A DNA stretch of 64,000 nt from an uncultured Butyricicoccus sp. (GTDB taxonomy: Bacteria; Bacillota; Clostridia; Oscillospirales; Butyricicoccaceae): the NCBI GenBank assembly GCA_904420185.1, contig CAJFUJ010000005.1, positions 4,204 through 68,203 of the forward strand, given 5' to 3'. Positions 49,406 to 58,991 of this stretch are shown one piece after another. Under the pieces are notes generated by a model, which ran no database searches, was not told where the DNA came from, and saw only the letters and a list, made by a program, of their open reading frames with translations. The first letter of the stretch is position 1. Each line of letters starts with the position of its first letter. The position numbers were made by a program, and so were the translations under genes.

Positions 49406-51076
49406 TTAAAACAGCCCGGTAATTTTCCCATCTGCGTCCACGTCGATTTTCTCGGCTGCCGGGACCTTGGGCAGGCCGGGCATGGTCATAATCGCGCCGG
49501 TTTCGCACACGACAAACCCCGCCCCTGCGGCCAGGCGTGCCGAACGCACGGTGATGGCGAAGCCCTGCGGGCGGCCCAATTTGGACGCATCATCGGAGAG
49601 CGAATATTGGGTTTTGGCCATGCACACGGGCAGATGGCCGTAGCCCATGCCGGTGATGTTTTCCAGCTCCTTGGCGGCAGCGGGCAGAATGTTGACCTCG
49701 GCTGCGCCGTATATTTCCTTGGCAATGGTCTGGATTTTCTGGGTGAGCGGCATTTCATCCGGATAGAGGGTGTGGAAATCGGCCTTGCCCTCGTCGAGCA
49801 CGGCCAGCACCTCGTTTGCCAGGGCCTTGCCGCCCTCGCCGCCCTTGGCGAACACCTCGCTCAGCGCCACGCGCACCCCGCGGGCCGCACAGTGCGACCG
49901 GATCAGCGCGACTTCCTCGTCGGTGTCGCTCGGGAATGCGTTGACCGCCACCACGCACGGCACACCGAATTTGGCGATGTTGTCCAGGTGGGCGTCCAGG
50001 TTGCAGATGCCCTGGCGTAGGGCATCCAGATTGGGCGTGTTCAGGTCGGCCTTGGGCACGCCGCCGTTGTATTTGAGGGCGCGCACGGTGGCCACCAGCA
50101 CCACGCAGTCGGGCGCCATGCCGGCCTTGCGGCACTTGATGTCCATGAATTTTTCCGCGCCCAGGTCGGCGCCGAAACCGGCCTCGGTGATGGCAATGTC
50201 GGCCAGTTTGCGGGCCAGCTTGGTGGCCTGCACGCTGTTGCAGCCGTGGGCGATGTTGGCAAAGGGGCCGCCGTGCATCAGGCAGGGGGTGCCCTCCAGG
50301 GTCTGCACAAGGTTGGGCTTGATGGCGTCCTTCATCAGCACGGCCATGGCGCCTTCGGCCTTGAGGTCGCGGGCATAGACCGGCTGGCCGGCGTAGGTAT
50401 AAGCGACCAGGATATCGCCAAACCGCTTTTTCAGGTCCATCAGGTCGCTGGCCAGGCACAAAATGGCCATGATCTCGCTGGCAACCGTGATCATGAAGTG
50501 GTCCTCGCGGGGCACGCCGTTGGCCTTGCCGCCCAGGCCGATGGTGATATTGCGCAGCGCGCGGTCGTTCATGTCCATCACGCGGGGGAAGAGGATGCGG
50601 CGCGGGTCGATGCCCAGGGCGTTGCCCTGCTGCATGTGGTTATCCAGCATGGCGCAGAGCAGGTTGTTGGCTGCAGTGATGGCGTGCATATCGCCGGTAA
50701 AATGCAGGTTGATGTCCTCCATAGGGACGACCTGCGCATAGCCGCCGCCGGCTGCGCCGCCCTTGATGCCGAACACCGGCCCGAGGGAGGGCTCGCGCAA
50801 GGCGATCACCGCGTTTTTGCCCAGCTTGGCCATGGCTTGGCCCAGGCCGACGGTTGTCGTGGTCTTGCCCTCGCCCGCCGGCGTCGGGTTGATTGCCGTC
50901 ACCAATACCAATTTGCCGTTGGGTTGATCCCGCAGCTTGTCCCACACGCTGGCGGACAGCTTGGCTTTGTATTGTCCATATAGCTCCAAATCGCCGGCAT
51001 CCAGCCCAGCCGCCGCAGCCACCTCGGCAATGGGCTTCATTTGGCAGCTTTGCGCAATTTCAATATCCGTCAACAT
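49406..51076 (-). CDS. fhs: Formate--tetrahydrofolate ligase
   Basis: [42 protein letters not shown] and TMPGLP. Confidence 0.98.
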   Translation of the reverse strand: MLTDIEIAQSCQMKPIAEVAAAAGLDAGDLELYGQYKAKLSASVWDKLRDQPNGKLVLVTAINPTPAGEGKTTTTVGLGQAMAKLGKNAVIALREPSLGPVFGIKGGAAGGGYAQVVPMEDINLHFTGDMHAITAANNLLCAMLDNHMQQGNALGIDPRRILFPRVMDMNDRALRNITIGLGGKANGVPREDHFMITVASEIMAILCLASDLMDLKKRFGDILVAYTYAGQPVYARDLKAEGAMAVLMKDAIKPNLVQTLEGTPCLMHGGPFANIAHGCNSVQATKLARKLADIAITEAGFGADLGAEKFMDIKCRKAGMAPDCVVLVATVRALKYNGGVPKADLNTPNLDALRQGICNLDAHLDNIAKFGVPCVVAVNAFPSDTDEEVALIRSHCAARGVRVALSEVFAKGGEGGKALANEVLAVLDEGKADFHTLYPDEMPLTQKIQTIAKEIYGAAEVNILPAAAKELENITGMGYGHLPVCMAKTQYSLSDDASKLGRPQGFAITVRSARLAAGAGFVVCETGAIMTMPGLPKVPAAEKIDVDADGKITGLF

Positions 51077-51224
51077 ACAATAACCGTCCTTCCTGATTGA
51101 GCTCCCGCACAGTTCTGCGGGGATTCCTTGTGTCGTGGATTATAGTATACCATATTTTTCGCTATTTTTTAAGCGGCAATCGGTTTTTTGCAAAATAAAA
51201 GCTGCCGAAGCAGCTTTTAGCGTG

Positions 51225-53135
51225 TTATTTTACAATACTGACGCGCTGGTCTGTGGGGCTCCAACCGACCTTGCCGTCAAAGTATTCGACGATAAAGCGG
51301 ATGGGCAACATGGTGCGCTCGTTGATGATGAGTGGTGCAGAATCCAGGGTATAATATTCTCCCTCATGGTCCCAGGCAGTTAGATTGCCGATTTGCAGAT
51401 AGAGCGTTTTGCCGTCCATTTGAATGGGTACGACCCTAGAAGATGCATCCCAGCCGACTGTACCGCCTAGCCCCTCCACAACGGCCCGTACAGGCAGCAA
51501 GGTACGTTCCCTACGGATGACCGGCGTTGTACCCTGCGCATCAATTTTCTGTGTTTCGCCGTTGATGACCATGTATGGGCTGCCGATTTGCAGGCTGATA
51601 ACCGTGGTCTGTGGGGTTTCGTCCTTTGTCCAATGCGGATACAGATTCTGGTCGCCATTTAGGTGAACCGTTGTCGAAGAGGTCACCCGCGTGCCGCCGG
51701 TGGACGAGGTATACCAACCGTCAAACGTATAACCTTCACGGGTGGGTGTCCGGGACGGGATGGGATACCGATCGCCATTCTGCACCGTATAGGTCCCATA
51801 AGACTCCATTGTGCGCGGGTCCGTAAAGACGATTGTAAATTCCTCCGGCTCCTCTTCGATCGGTTCTTCGGGCTCGGGTTCCGGTTCAGGCTCTGGTTCT
51901 GGCTCCGGTTCTGGCTCCGGTTCGGGTTCGGGTTCGGGCTCCTCTACCACAGGAATGGGCGTATAGTGGGGATACAGTGTCACATCTGCGTTGAAAACCA
52001 TGGTGGAGGTCAACTTCGTGCCGCCGGTGGACGCGGTATACCAGCCGTCAAAGGTATAACCTTCGCGTTCCAGCGCAGGCGGCACGACCTGGATGGGCGT
52101 GCCCTGCTTGTTCTGCCAGGACGAGACAGACCCATCATACTGCACAAAATGTGCCACGTAATAGGCCAGTGGCGCTGCACCGGTCGTTTTGAAACTATAC
52201 TTAGGGCCCTTAACTTCCTGGCCATTAAATATACCGTAGAACTGATACTGATAGGTCGTGCCTGGTGTCAACGTGATGCCCACTTCATCGTTGACATCGT
52301 ACCACGAATGGTAGGTAGTCTGAGACGCGCTGACATTGCTCACCTTCTCCGAATGTTTCTTGAGCAGCTTATCCGATGCGTCGTAGAGATATACCCCCAT
52401 TTGGGTGACCGAAGTGCCAGCGGGCTTGGTAATTTGCGCAACCAGCACTGCATTGGTGTTCGTAACCTTTTCTTTGCTGGTATAATTGGGGTCGGTTGCC
52501 TTGGCGAACTTCACATTGGGCGTAGGGTCGGAAACGCTGTCTCCCGATGCAAGATAGATGTAAGAAGCAGAACTGGTGTTAATCGGGTTGGAAGGCTTGC
52601 AATAGGTGCCGCTCATTGTCATGTTTTTGGCCATTTCAAAATGCAAATGGGTTCCGGTTGAGTTGCCTGTGCTGCCCATGGTACCGATTTTCTGGCCTTG
52701 GCTGACCGACGCACCCTTGGTCACATTCACCGTGTTCAAGTGTGCATACATGGAGTAGCCGCTGCCATCGGCGTGCTTGAGTACTACGCCATTGCCATAC
52801 CCCCAGTTACAAGTTCTAATCCCACTTGAATTGACATAGGTTCCGCAATTCGGGCTGCATCCTGCCGCGGTACATGATTTTCCGCTGGATAAAGAATTGT
52901 TGTTAACGCAGCCGGTGTACACATAGTACACGGTTCCAGCCTTGGCGGCTACCACTTCTGTCCCCTTTGAGCCGCCAATATCGATCGCGGTATGGCCCGA
53001 GCTATAGGCCTGCGTGACCTTTGTACTGGCCGGCACCGGCCAACGGTAGGCGCTTTCCGCCTTCGCATTTGGCAGGCAAACGGTCAGCACCACTGCCGCC
53101 GCCAGCAATGTAAGCCCTCTCTTCTTCATTTTCAT
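51225..53135 (-). CDS. Secreted modular M23 peptidase with two InlB B-type repeats, an (EP)12 linker and a copper-amine-oxidase N-terminal-like stalk domain
   Basis: HTAIDIG, YAHL and STGTHLHFE (M23); two copies of REGYTFDGWYT; RTLLPVRAVVEGLGGTVGWD; start codon uncertain (53135 or 53156). Confidence 0.85.
   Translation of the reverse strand: MKMKKRGLTLLAAAVVLTVCLPNAKAESAYRWPVPASTKVTQAYSSGHTAIDIGGSKGTEVVAAKAGTVYYVYTGCVNNNSLSSGKSCTAAGCSPNCGTYVNSSGIRTCNWGYGNGVVLKHADGSGYSMYAHLNTVNVTKGASVSQGQKIGTMGSTGNSTGTHLHFEMAKNMTMSGTYCKPSNPINTSSASYIYLASGDSVSDPTPNVKFAKATDPNYTSKEKVTNTNAVLVAQITKPAGTSVTQMGVYLYDASDKLLKKHSEKVSNVSASQTTYHSWYDVNDEVGITLTPGTTYQYQFYGIFNGQEVKGPKYSFKTTGAAPLAYYVAHFVQYDGSVSSWQNKQGTPIQVVPPALEREGYTFDGWYTASTGGTKLTSTMVFNADVTLYPHYTPIPVVEEPEPEPEPEPEPEPEPEPEPEPEPEEPIEEEPEEFTIVFTDPRTMESYGTYTVQNGDRYPIPSRTPTREGYTFDGWYTSSTGGTRVTSSTTVHLNGDQNLYPHWTKDETPQTTVISLQIGSPYMVINGETQKIDAQGTTPVIRRERTLLPVRAVVEGLGGTVGWDASSRVVPIQMDGKTLYLQIGNLTAWDHEGEYYTLDSAPLIINERTMLPIRFIVEYFDGKVGWSPTDQRVSIVK
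51870..51941 (-). repeat. (Glu-Pro)x12 coding low-complexity linker
   Basis: Twelve GAR-CCN hexamers with varied third codon positions. Confidence 0.9.
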
Positions 53136-53352
53136 CTGATTCAAGACTCCTTTCATGGATGCTTCCCCGCGCATCGCCCTATTCTTTGTTTGTATTATAC
53201 CACTATCTCCATGCGTTCGCACGAATTTTCTGTTCTTTTGACTAAAAATCGATTCCTTCGTCCGCAAGACGCAAAAATTTTTACAAAATCCCAGTCGCAT
53301 CCGGCAATATTTTATGGTATGATAAGGGGCGTAACATGATGGAGGTGTCGCT

Positions 53353-54471
53353 GTGCGCGTTTTTCGTTCGATCGGACATTATCTTCGCCATACCGATCTG
53401 TATTTATTGTTCATAGCCCTATGCTGTTCGGCATTTGGCGCGGTTCTGATCTACTCTGCGACCCGGACAATGGAGGACCCCAACCGATATATCATCATCC
53501 AGCTGGTCTCGGTGGCCATCGGCATCGGGGTGTTCATCTTAATGAGCCTGTTCGATCTAGAGGAGATGTCGCGGTATTGGAAATGGTTTATTTTGGCCAA
53601 TATCGTGCTGCAAGCCCTGCTCTATACCCCCTTTGGCGCGAGCGAGGGCGGCAACCACAGCTGGCTGCGTTTCGGCCCCATCGGCATCCAGCCTGGCGAA
53701 ATCGGTAAGGTTTTCTTCATTTTCACCTTCGCCGCACACATCGCCCAGGAATATGACCGGCTCAACCACTGGCGCACCTTGCTGATGCTTGGCATTCATC
53801 TGGGAATTGTGGCGGCTGCTGTATTTATTCCTTCGTCGGATGCGGGTGTCACACTAACCTATCTGTTTATCTTCATCATCATGTTGTTCGGCGCCGGGCT
53901 GAGCCTGAAATGGTTTGCAGGCGGGGCGGTCGTTCTGCTGGCATCGGTGCCGTTCGTCTGGCATATCGTATCCGGCTTCCGTCTGGACCGTATTCTCGTC
54001 TTGTTCGATCCATCTATCAACGATGATGTTGCCTGGCAAACCCTGAAAAGCAAGATGACCATCGGGGCCGGGCAAATCTTTGGCGAGGGTTTTTTACAGG
54101 GCAACCAAATCCAGCATTCCAATTTCCCTGGCAAGCACACTGACTTCATCTTTTCGGTGGCTGGGGAAGAATTCGGTTTTATCGGTTGTCTTGTCATTAT
54201 GATCCTGCTATGCCTGCTCATCCTTCGTCTGTTCTATGTCAGCCTTACCGCAAATAGCACCTTTTCAGCCACGCTGACCATCGGTATTGCGGGGATGTTC
54301 CTCAGCCAGACCTTCGAAAATATTCTCATGTGCGTGGGCTTATTCCCCGTTGTTGGCATTACCCTTCCTCTTTTCTCCTATGGCGGCTCTTCGGTGATCA
54401 CGATGTATGCAGCCTTGGGCATTGCAGCAGGTGTGCGGATGCGGCAAAAACCGAGTTGGCTCAAGCGATAA
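53353..54471 (+). CDS. rodA: FtsW/RodA/SpoVE family SEDS protein (RodA-like)
   Basis: SWLRFG..IQPGEIGK, HTDFIFSVAGEEFG and GITLPLFSYGGSS; GTG start with GGAGG RBS. Confidence 0.85.
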   Translation: MRVFRSIGHYLRHTDLYLLFIALCCSAFGAVLIYSATRTMEDPNRYIIIQLVSVAIGIGVFILMSLFDLEEMSRYWKWFILANIVLQALLYTPFGASEGGNHSWLRFGPIGIQPGEIGKVFFIFTFAAHIAQEYDRLNHWRTLLMLGIHLGIVAAAVFIPSSDAGVTLTYLFIFIIMLFGAGLSLKWFAGGAVVLLASVPFVWHIVSGFRLDRILVLFDPSINDDVAWQTLKSKMTIGAGQIFGEGFLQGNQIQHSNFPGKHTDFIFSVAGEEFGFIGCLVIMILLCLLILRLFYVSLTANSTFSATLTIGIAGMFLSQTFENILMCVGLFPVVGITLPLFSYGGSSVITMYAALGIAAGVRMRQKPSWLKR

Positions 54472-54752
54472 ATGTAAAGGCTTTATGTAAAATACTTTGT
54501 CAAAAGTTGCAGTGAACCGTCCTTTTACCGGCCGGTTCGCTGTTTTTTTGCAGATTCTATCCATCTATTCTTGATTTTTTACCTGATTCCTGCTAGCCAA
54601 GTATGGAAAAACATGCTATACTACAATATATAGCGCCATTCTTGATCCTCTATCATGGTGTTATGAAAGATCATACTTTATGAAAGCGCTTTCGACGGCT
54701 GTACGGACGGAAAGCGCCCCAGGACAAAACCGTCTAGACAGGAGAAAAACAT

Positions 54753-55613
54753 ATGAAAGGTATTATTCTCGCCGCTGGAAAAGGTTCCCGCCTATACCCG
54801 ATGACCCGCCCGGTTTGTAAGCCGCTGCTTCCGGTATACGACAAACCGATGATTTATTATCCTCTGGCTGTGCTGATGGAGGCTAGTATCCGCGAGATCC
54901 TTATCATCATCCCACCTGGAGAAGAAGGCCCGTTTTACCGTCTGCTCGGCAATGGGGCACAATGGGGCGTCAATATCTCCTATGAAGTACAGGAGGAGCC
55001 CCGCGGCATCGCAGACGCCTTTCTGGTGGGTGAGCATTTTATTGGCAGTGACACGGTCTGCCTGGTGCTGGGGGATAATATTTTCCACAGCTTGGATATG
55101 GACCGGATTATGGCGCGCACTGCGCGTGAATTCCAAGTGGGCGCAACCGTGTTTGGCTACTACGTCGAGGACCCGCGCGCGTTTGGCGTGATCGAATTTG
55201 ATGAGGCAGGCAACGCGTTGTCCATCGAGGAAAAGCCTCGTTTCCCCAAATCCCACTATATTGTGCCGGGCATGTACTTTTATGACAATCAGGTGATTGA
55301 TATTGTCCGCGGGCTGCGTCCTTCGGCGCGCGGCGAATTGGAAATCACAGACGTAAACCTGGAATACCTGCGGCGTGACCAGCTGCACGTCATCCAGCTT
55401 GACCGGGACTTCACTTGGCTGGACGCAGGCACGGCCGACAACCTGCTCAGCGCCGCCCAGGCGGTCAAGCAGGTGCAGGACCACACCGGACGCTACATCG
55501 CTTGCCTGGAGGAAATCGCCTTTTTGCGCGGTTACATCGACCTGGACGACCTGCACCGGTTGGCTGGAAAACTAGGCCAAACCTTATATGGGCAATATCT
55601 GATGTGTTTGTGA
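54753..55613 (+). CDS. rfbA: Glucose-1-phosphate thymidylyltransferase (RmlA/RfbA/SpsI family)
   Basis: MKGIILAAGKGSRLYP, KPLLPVYDKPMIYYPL, LGDNIF, EEKP, SARGELEITD and WLDAGT. Confidence 0.9.
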   Translation: MKGIILAAGKGSRLYPMTRPVCKPLLPVYDKPMIYYPLAVLMEASIREILIIIPPGEEGPFYRLLGNGAQWGVNISYEVQEEPRGIADAFLVGEHFIGSDTVCLVLGDNIFHSLDMDRIMARTAREFQVGATVFGYYVEDPRAFGVIEFDEAGNALSIEEKPRFPKSHYIVPGMYFYDNQVIDIVRGLRPSARGELEITDVNLEYLRRDQLHVIQLDRDFTWLDAGTADNLLSAAQAVKQVQDHTGRYIACLEEIAFLRGYIDLDDLHRLAGKLGQTLYGQYLMCL

Positions 55614-55785
55614 GAAAGTCTGTTTGATTTGTGATGATGAAATGGGCGTAAAGAATTTGTAAATTCGTGAAGATGCACAAAGATTGTGACAGAATGATGA
55701 AAGCGGCGGGAAATGTGTTGAGTTTCCCCCGCTTTTGTGGTATAACCAGATACGAAAAATCTTTTTATGTGAAGGGATTCAGGAA

Positions 55786-57792
55786 ATGGAAAAGAGCTTT
55801 TGGAAAAAATATGGGATGCTTTTTATATCCCTTCTTTACACAGCGGTTCTGCTCAATTACCTGTCTGTCGAACGCATTATCAACACGCAGACTTTTAGCC
55901 CGTTTGTGTTCTTCTGTGCGGTGCTGGTTGTCAGCCGCCTCATCCCCTCAACCGGTCTGATGGGCTTGCGGCACATCCGCTGGGTCACTGCGCTGTTCTT
56001 CTGTGGCTTTCTGACCCATTTTTATCTCAGTCTGATGTCGTCAGGCGCCTATTACGAGCGGATGACTATGCTGGGCCTGCTCGATGTGTTGTTCCATACA
56101 GCCATCTACATGTTGTTGTACCTGGGCACTGACTCCTTACGTAAGACCATTGCCATTGGCGGCGGCATCTTTGGTGTGCTGGGTATTATCAACCACTATG
56201 TGTGGCTATTCCGCGGCACCCCGGTCACAGTCGAGGATCTGTCCTCTATTCAGACTGCTATTGGTGTTGCCAACAACTATGACTACACGCCCGACCAATA
56301 TATCATCTTGTTGGGCCTGTTGCTTTTGCTGTGGACGATTACCCTCTACCGCTTGGGCGGCGATGAATACGCCCGTGGCCGGCGTATCAAATTTAAGCAA
56401 GGCGCGGCATTGGCCTGTGTGCTGATGTTCGGCAGCCTGCCCTTTGTCGGTTACGGCGAATACTACCAGCAGAATTCCAACGCTTTTAACTACGACCTGT
56501 ATTTGGCCAGCAACATCGCGACGTTGTGCCAGCAAAGCGGCCCGCAAATCCCGGACAATTACTCGGCCAAGGCGGTCGAGGTCATTGCCGGCCAATCGGC
56601 TGCCGCCCGCGCCGAGCAGGCCGAGCAGACCGAAACCGGCGTGCAACCCAACATCATCGCGATTATGAGCGAATCATACGGCGATCTGCGGGTGCTCGGG
56701 GATTTTGAAACCAACATCCCAGTTACACCTTTCATTGACTCGCTCGCGCAGGACGAGAACGCCATCACCGGCTATGCCTATGCCTCCATTTTCGGCTCCA
56801 AAACAGCCAACTCGGAGTTTGAATTCTTGTCCAGCGACTCGGTGTTGTTCATCCCGAACACGATGGTGTACTTGCACTACTTTGACGAGATCACAAACTA
56901 TGACTCTATGGTGTCGGTGCTCAAGGAGCAGGGCTACACCACTGCTGCCATCCATCCCTGGCTGCGCGCAGGCTGGAACCGCCCAGCCGTGTACAGCAAG
57001 ATGGGCTTTGACGAAACCACCTTCTTAGAGGATCTCCAAAACCCGGAATATTACCGGCTCTATCCCTCGGACGCGTATTCTTTCAGCCTGATCCGCGAAC
57101 GGTTCGAAAATAAGGACCCGGATGAAAAACTGTTCGTTATGAACATCACCATGCAAAACCACAGCGGCTACGAAGGTGGCGGCAACGGCTATGAGCAGAC
57201 GGTTTCGATCACCGGGCATGAGGGTGAATTCCCCAAAACCGAGTTGTATCTGTCCGAGCTGCACGAAAGCGACCAAGCGCTGGAAGAGCTCGTTACATAC
57301 TTCGCCAATTACGACGAGCCGACCATCATTGTCTTTTTTGGCGACCACCAGCCCAACCTGGACGAGGCTTTTTATGAATGGGTCAATCCAGAGCTGTCCA
57401 CCAACGCCTATGAGCGCATGAAGAAATACATGGTCCCCTTCTTCATCTGGGCCAACTATGACATCGAGCAACAGACCGATGTGCGCACCAGCATCAACTA
57501 CCTGGCGCCCATGACCCTAAAGACCGCCGGGCTGCAAATGAGTGATTACCAAAGCTACCTGCTTGAGCAGCAAAAGACCTGGCCGGTCGTCTGCGCACAG
57601 GGCGTCTACGACTATAATGGCCAGTACCACACAACTGTGTCGGCACTGGAAAACTCCGGGATGCTGCGCGATTATCAGGACTTGACAATCAACCATACGG
57701 TGGATTGGGAAAACACCCTGCACTCCTTCTTCACCCTGGGTAGTGCGCAGTCTGGGTCTGGCCAGACCATCCAACCTGCAACGGAGGAATGA
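55786..57792 (+). CDS. LTA synthase family protein (membrane domain plus sulfatase-like domain)
   Basis: N-terminal TM helices, FRGTP, PNIIAIMSES, TANSEFEFL, ITMQNH and FFGDHQP. Confidence 0.9.
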   Translation: MEKSFWKKYGMLFISLLYTAVLLNYLSVERIINTQTFSPFVFFCAVLVVSRLIPSTGLMGLRHIRWVTALFFCGFLTHFYLSLMSSGAYYERMTMLGLLDVLFHTAIYMLLYLGTDSLRKTIAIGGGIFGVLGIINHYVWLFRGTPVTVEDLSSIQTAIGVANNYDYTPDQYIILLGLLLLLWTITLYRLGGDEYARGRRIKFKQGAALACVLMFGSLPFVGYGEYYQQNSNAFNYDLYLASNIATLCQQSGPQIPDNYSAKAVEVIAGQSAAARAEQAEQTETGVQPNIIAIMSESYGDLRVLGDFETNIPVTPFIDSLAQDENAITGYAYASIFGSKTANSEFEFLSSDSVLFIPNTMVYLHYFDEITNYDSMVSVLKEQGYTTAAIHPWLRAGWNRPAVYSKMGFDETTFLEDLQNPEYYRLYPSDAYSFSLIRERFENKDPDEKLFVMNITMQNHSGYEGGGNGYEQTVSITGHEGEFPKTELYLSELHESDQALEELVTYFANYDEPTIIVFFGDHQPNLDEAFYEWVNPELSTNAYERMKKYMVPFFIWANYDIEQQTDVRTSINYLAPMTLKTAGLQMSDYQSYLLEQQKTWPVVCAQGVYDYNGQYHTTVSALENSGMLRDYQDLTINHTVDWENTLHSFFTLGSAQSGSGQTIQPATEE

Positions 57793-57793
57793 C

Positions 57794-58246
57794 ATGGCTG
57801 TTTATACCGAAACCAAAACCTATCATACTAAGGCGCATATGGGTATGATTGACGTCACCGGCGATTTTCAGTCGGCCGTCAGCGCCGCCTGCGCCAAACA
57901 CGGCATTTCGTCCGGTATCATCACCGGCTTTACGACCGGCGGCGTGGCCGGCCTTACCACCCTGGAATTTGAGCCGGGCATCGTCCAGCACGACCTCAAG
58001 GCGGCGATGGACATCTTTTCCCCCTACACCGACGAGACCGGCAAGGTGATCCACTACCGGCACCACGAAACCTGGCACGATGACAACGGCTCTTCCCACA
58101 TTAAGGCCGCCCTGCTCTCGCCGTTTATCACCATCCCCTTTGTGGATGGGAAGCTCACCATCGGCCCTTGGCAAAACCTGACGCTCATTGAATGTGATAC
58201 CCGCAATCGGGTGCGCGACGTTGTCTTTCAGGTCATGGGCGAATAA
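57794..58246 (+). CDS. yjbQ: YjbQ/UPF0047 family protein
   Basis: IDVT, YRHHE..HDDNGSSHIKAALL and LTIGPWQ. Confidence 0.85.
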   Translation: MAVYTETKTYHTKAHMGMIDVTGDFQSAVSAACAKHGISSGIITGFTTGGVAGLTTLEFEPGIVQHDLKAAMDIFSPYTDETGKVIHYRHHETWHDDNGSSHIKAALLSPFITIPFVDGKLTIGPWQNLTLIECDTRNRVRDVVFQVMGE

Positions 58247-58259
58247 ATGCGATTTCTCC

Positions 58260-58299
58260 AAAGCGGCGGAGAATCCCTTCGGTTCTCTGCCGCTTTTTT
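58260..58299 (+). terminator. Intrinsic terminator after yjbQ, directly before the spoVT fragment
   Basis: AAAGCGGCGGAGAATC-CTTC-GGTTCTCTGCCGCTTTTTT. Confidence 0.85.
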
Positions 58300-58307
58300 G
58301 TATCCGT

Positions 58308-58769
58308 ATGTACTGCGAGGGCGACCCCTTGGAGATTTACACCGACCGCGACGGCGAGGTAATCTTCAAGAAGTACTCCCCCATGGGCGAGCTGGGGACC
58401 TTTGTGGGTGAGTTGGCCGAAGCGTTGAGCCGGACCGCCGGATTGTCCTGCGCGATTTGCGACCGCGACGCCGTGATTGCAGTGGCCGGTGGCGCCAAGA
58501 AGGATATTGCAGAAAAGGCCATTTCATCGGATTTGGAAATGCTCATGGAGCAGCGCCACATTTATGAACACGACGGTTCCGATCAGGCCATCCATGTGTC
58601 GGCAAATGACCCATATGCGGTTGTCGTGGCCGCACCGATCATTTCTGAGGGCGATGTGACCGGCTGTGTGGCTTTTCTCTCGGAAAACGGACAAGACCAA
58701 GCCACCGAAGTAGAGGCTAAGCTGAGCCAGACAGCAGCCAGCTTCCTCTCCAAGCATGTCACGATGTAA
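58308..58769 (+). pseudogene. spoVT: 5'-truncated stage V sporulation protein T (end of the AbrB domain plus the full GAF domain)
   Basis: EGDPLEIYTDRDGEVIFKKYSP...CDRD..IAVAG...APIISEGDVTGCV...TAASFLSK matches SpoVT from about residue 30; the MKATGIVRRIDDLGRVVIPKEIRR start, an RBS and a promoter are all absent. Confidence 0.85.
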
Positions 58770-58991
58770 ACAAAAGGATTCTTCGTGCAACGTAAATTCC
58801 CCGCTTTCGGGCGGGGAAAATTTTTTATTTTACTTGACTTTTACAAAAATCGCTATCTTGCTGCAATTTCTCCGCCAAACTTTACGCATATTTTACGTTT
58901 TTTCCGTCTTTCACGAAATGTGTCCTGTGCTATAATTAGATTGTAAGATTTCCGTAAAAATAATGTAAAGTAAAGAGTGAAGGAAAAAGGT

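Noticed and set aside
51090-51150. Hairpin upstream of fhs as a THF or ZTP riboswitch
   Set aside because: A single short hairpin lacking the conserved cores of either riboswitch.
51870-51941. Hexamer repeat as a phase-variation tract or CRISPR array
   Set aside because: It is an in-frame Glu-Pro linker with varied codons and no spacers; no cas genes are present.
51690-52075. Direct DNA repeats at about 51690-51740 and 52020-52070 as element ends
   Set aside because: Explained by the two duplicated REGYTFDGWYT protein repeats.
55695-55736. MMKAAGNV reading as the possible missing 5' half of spoVT
   Set aside because: Similarity to MKATGIV stops after a few residues and RRIDDLGR is absent; the stretch is an inverted repeat.
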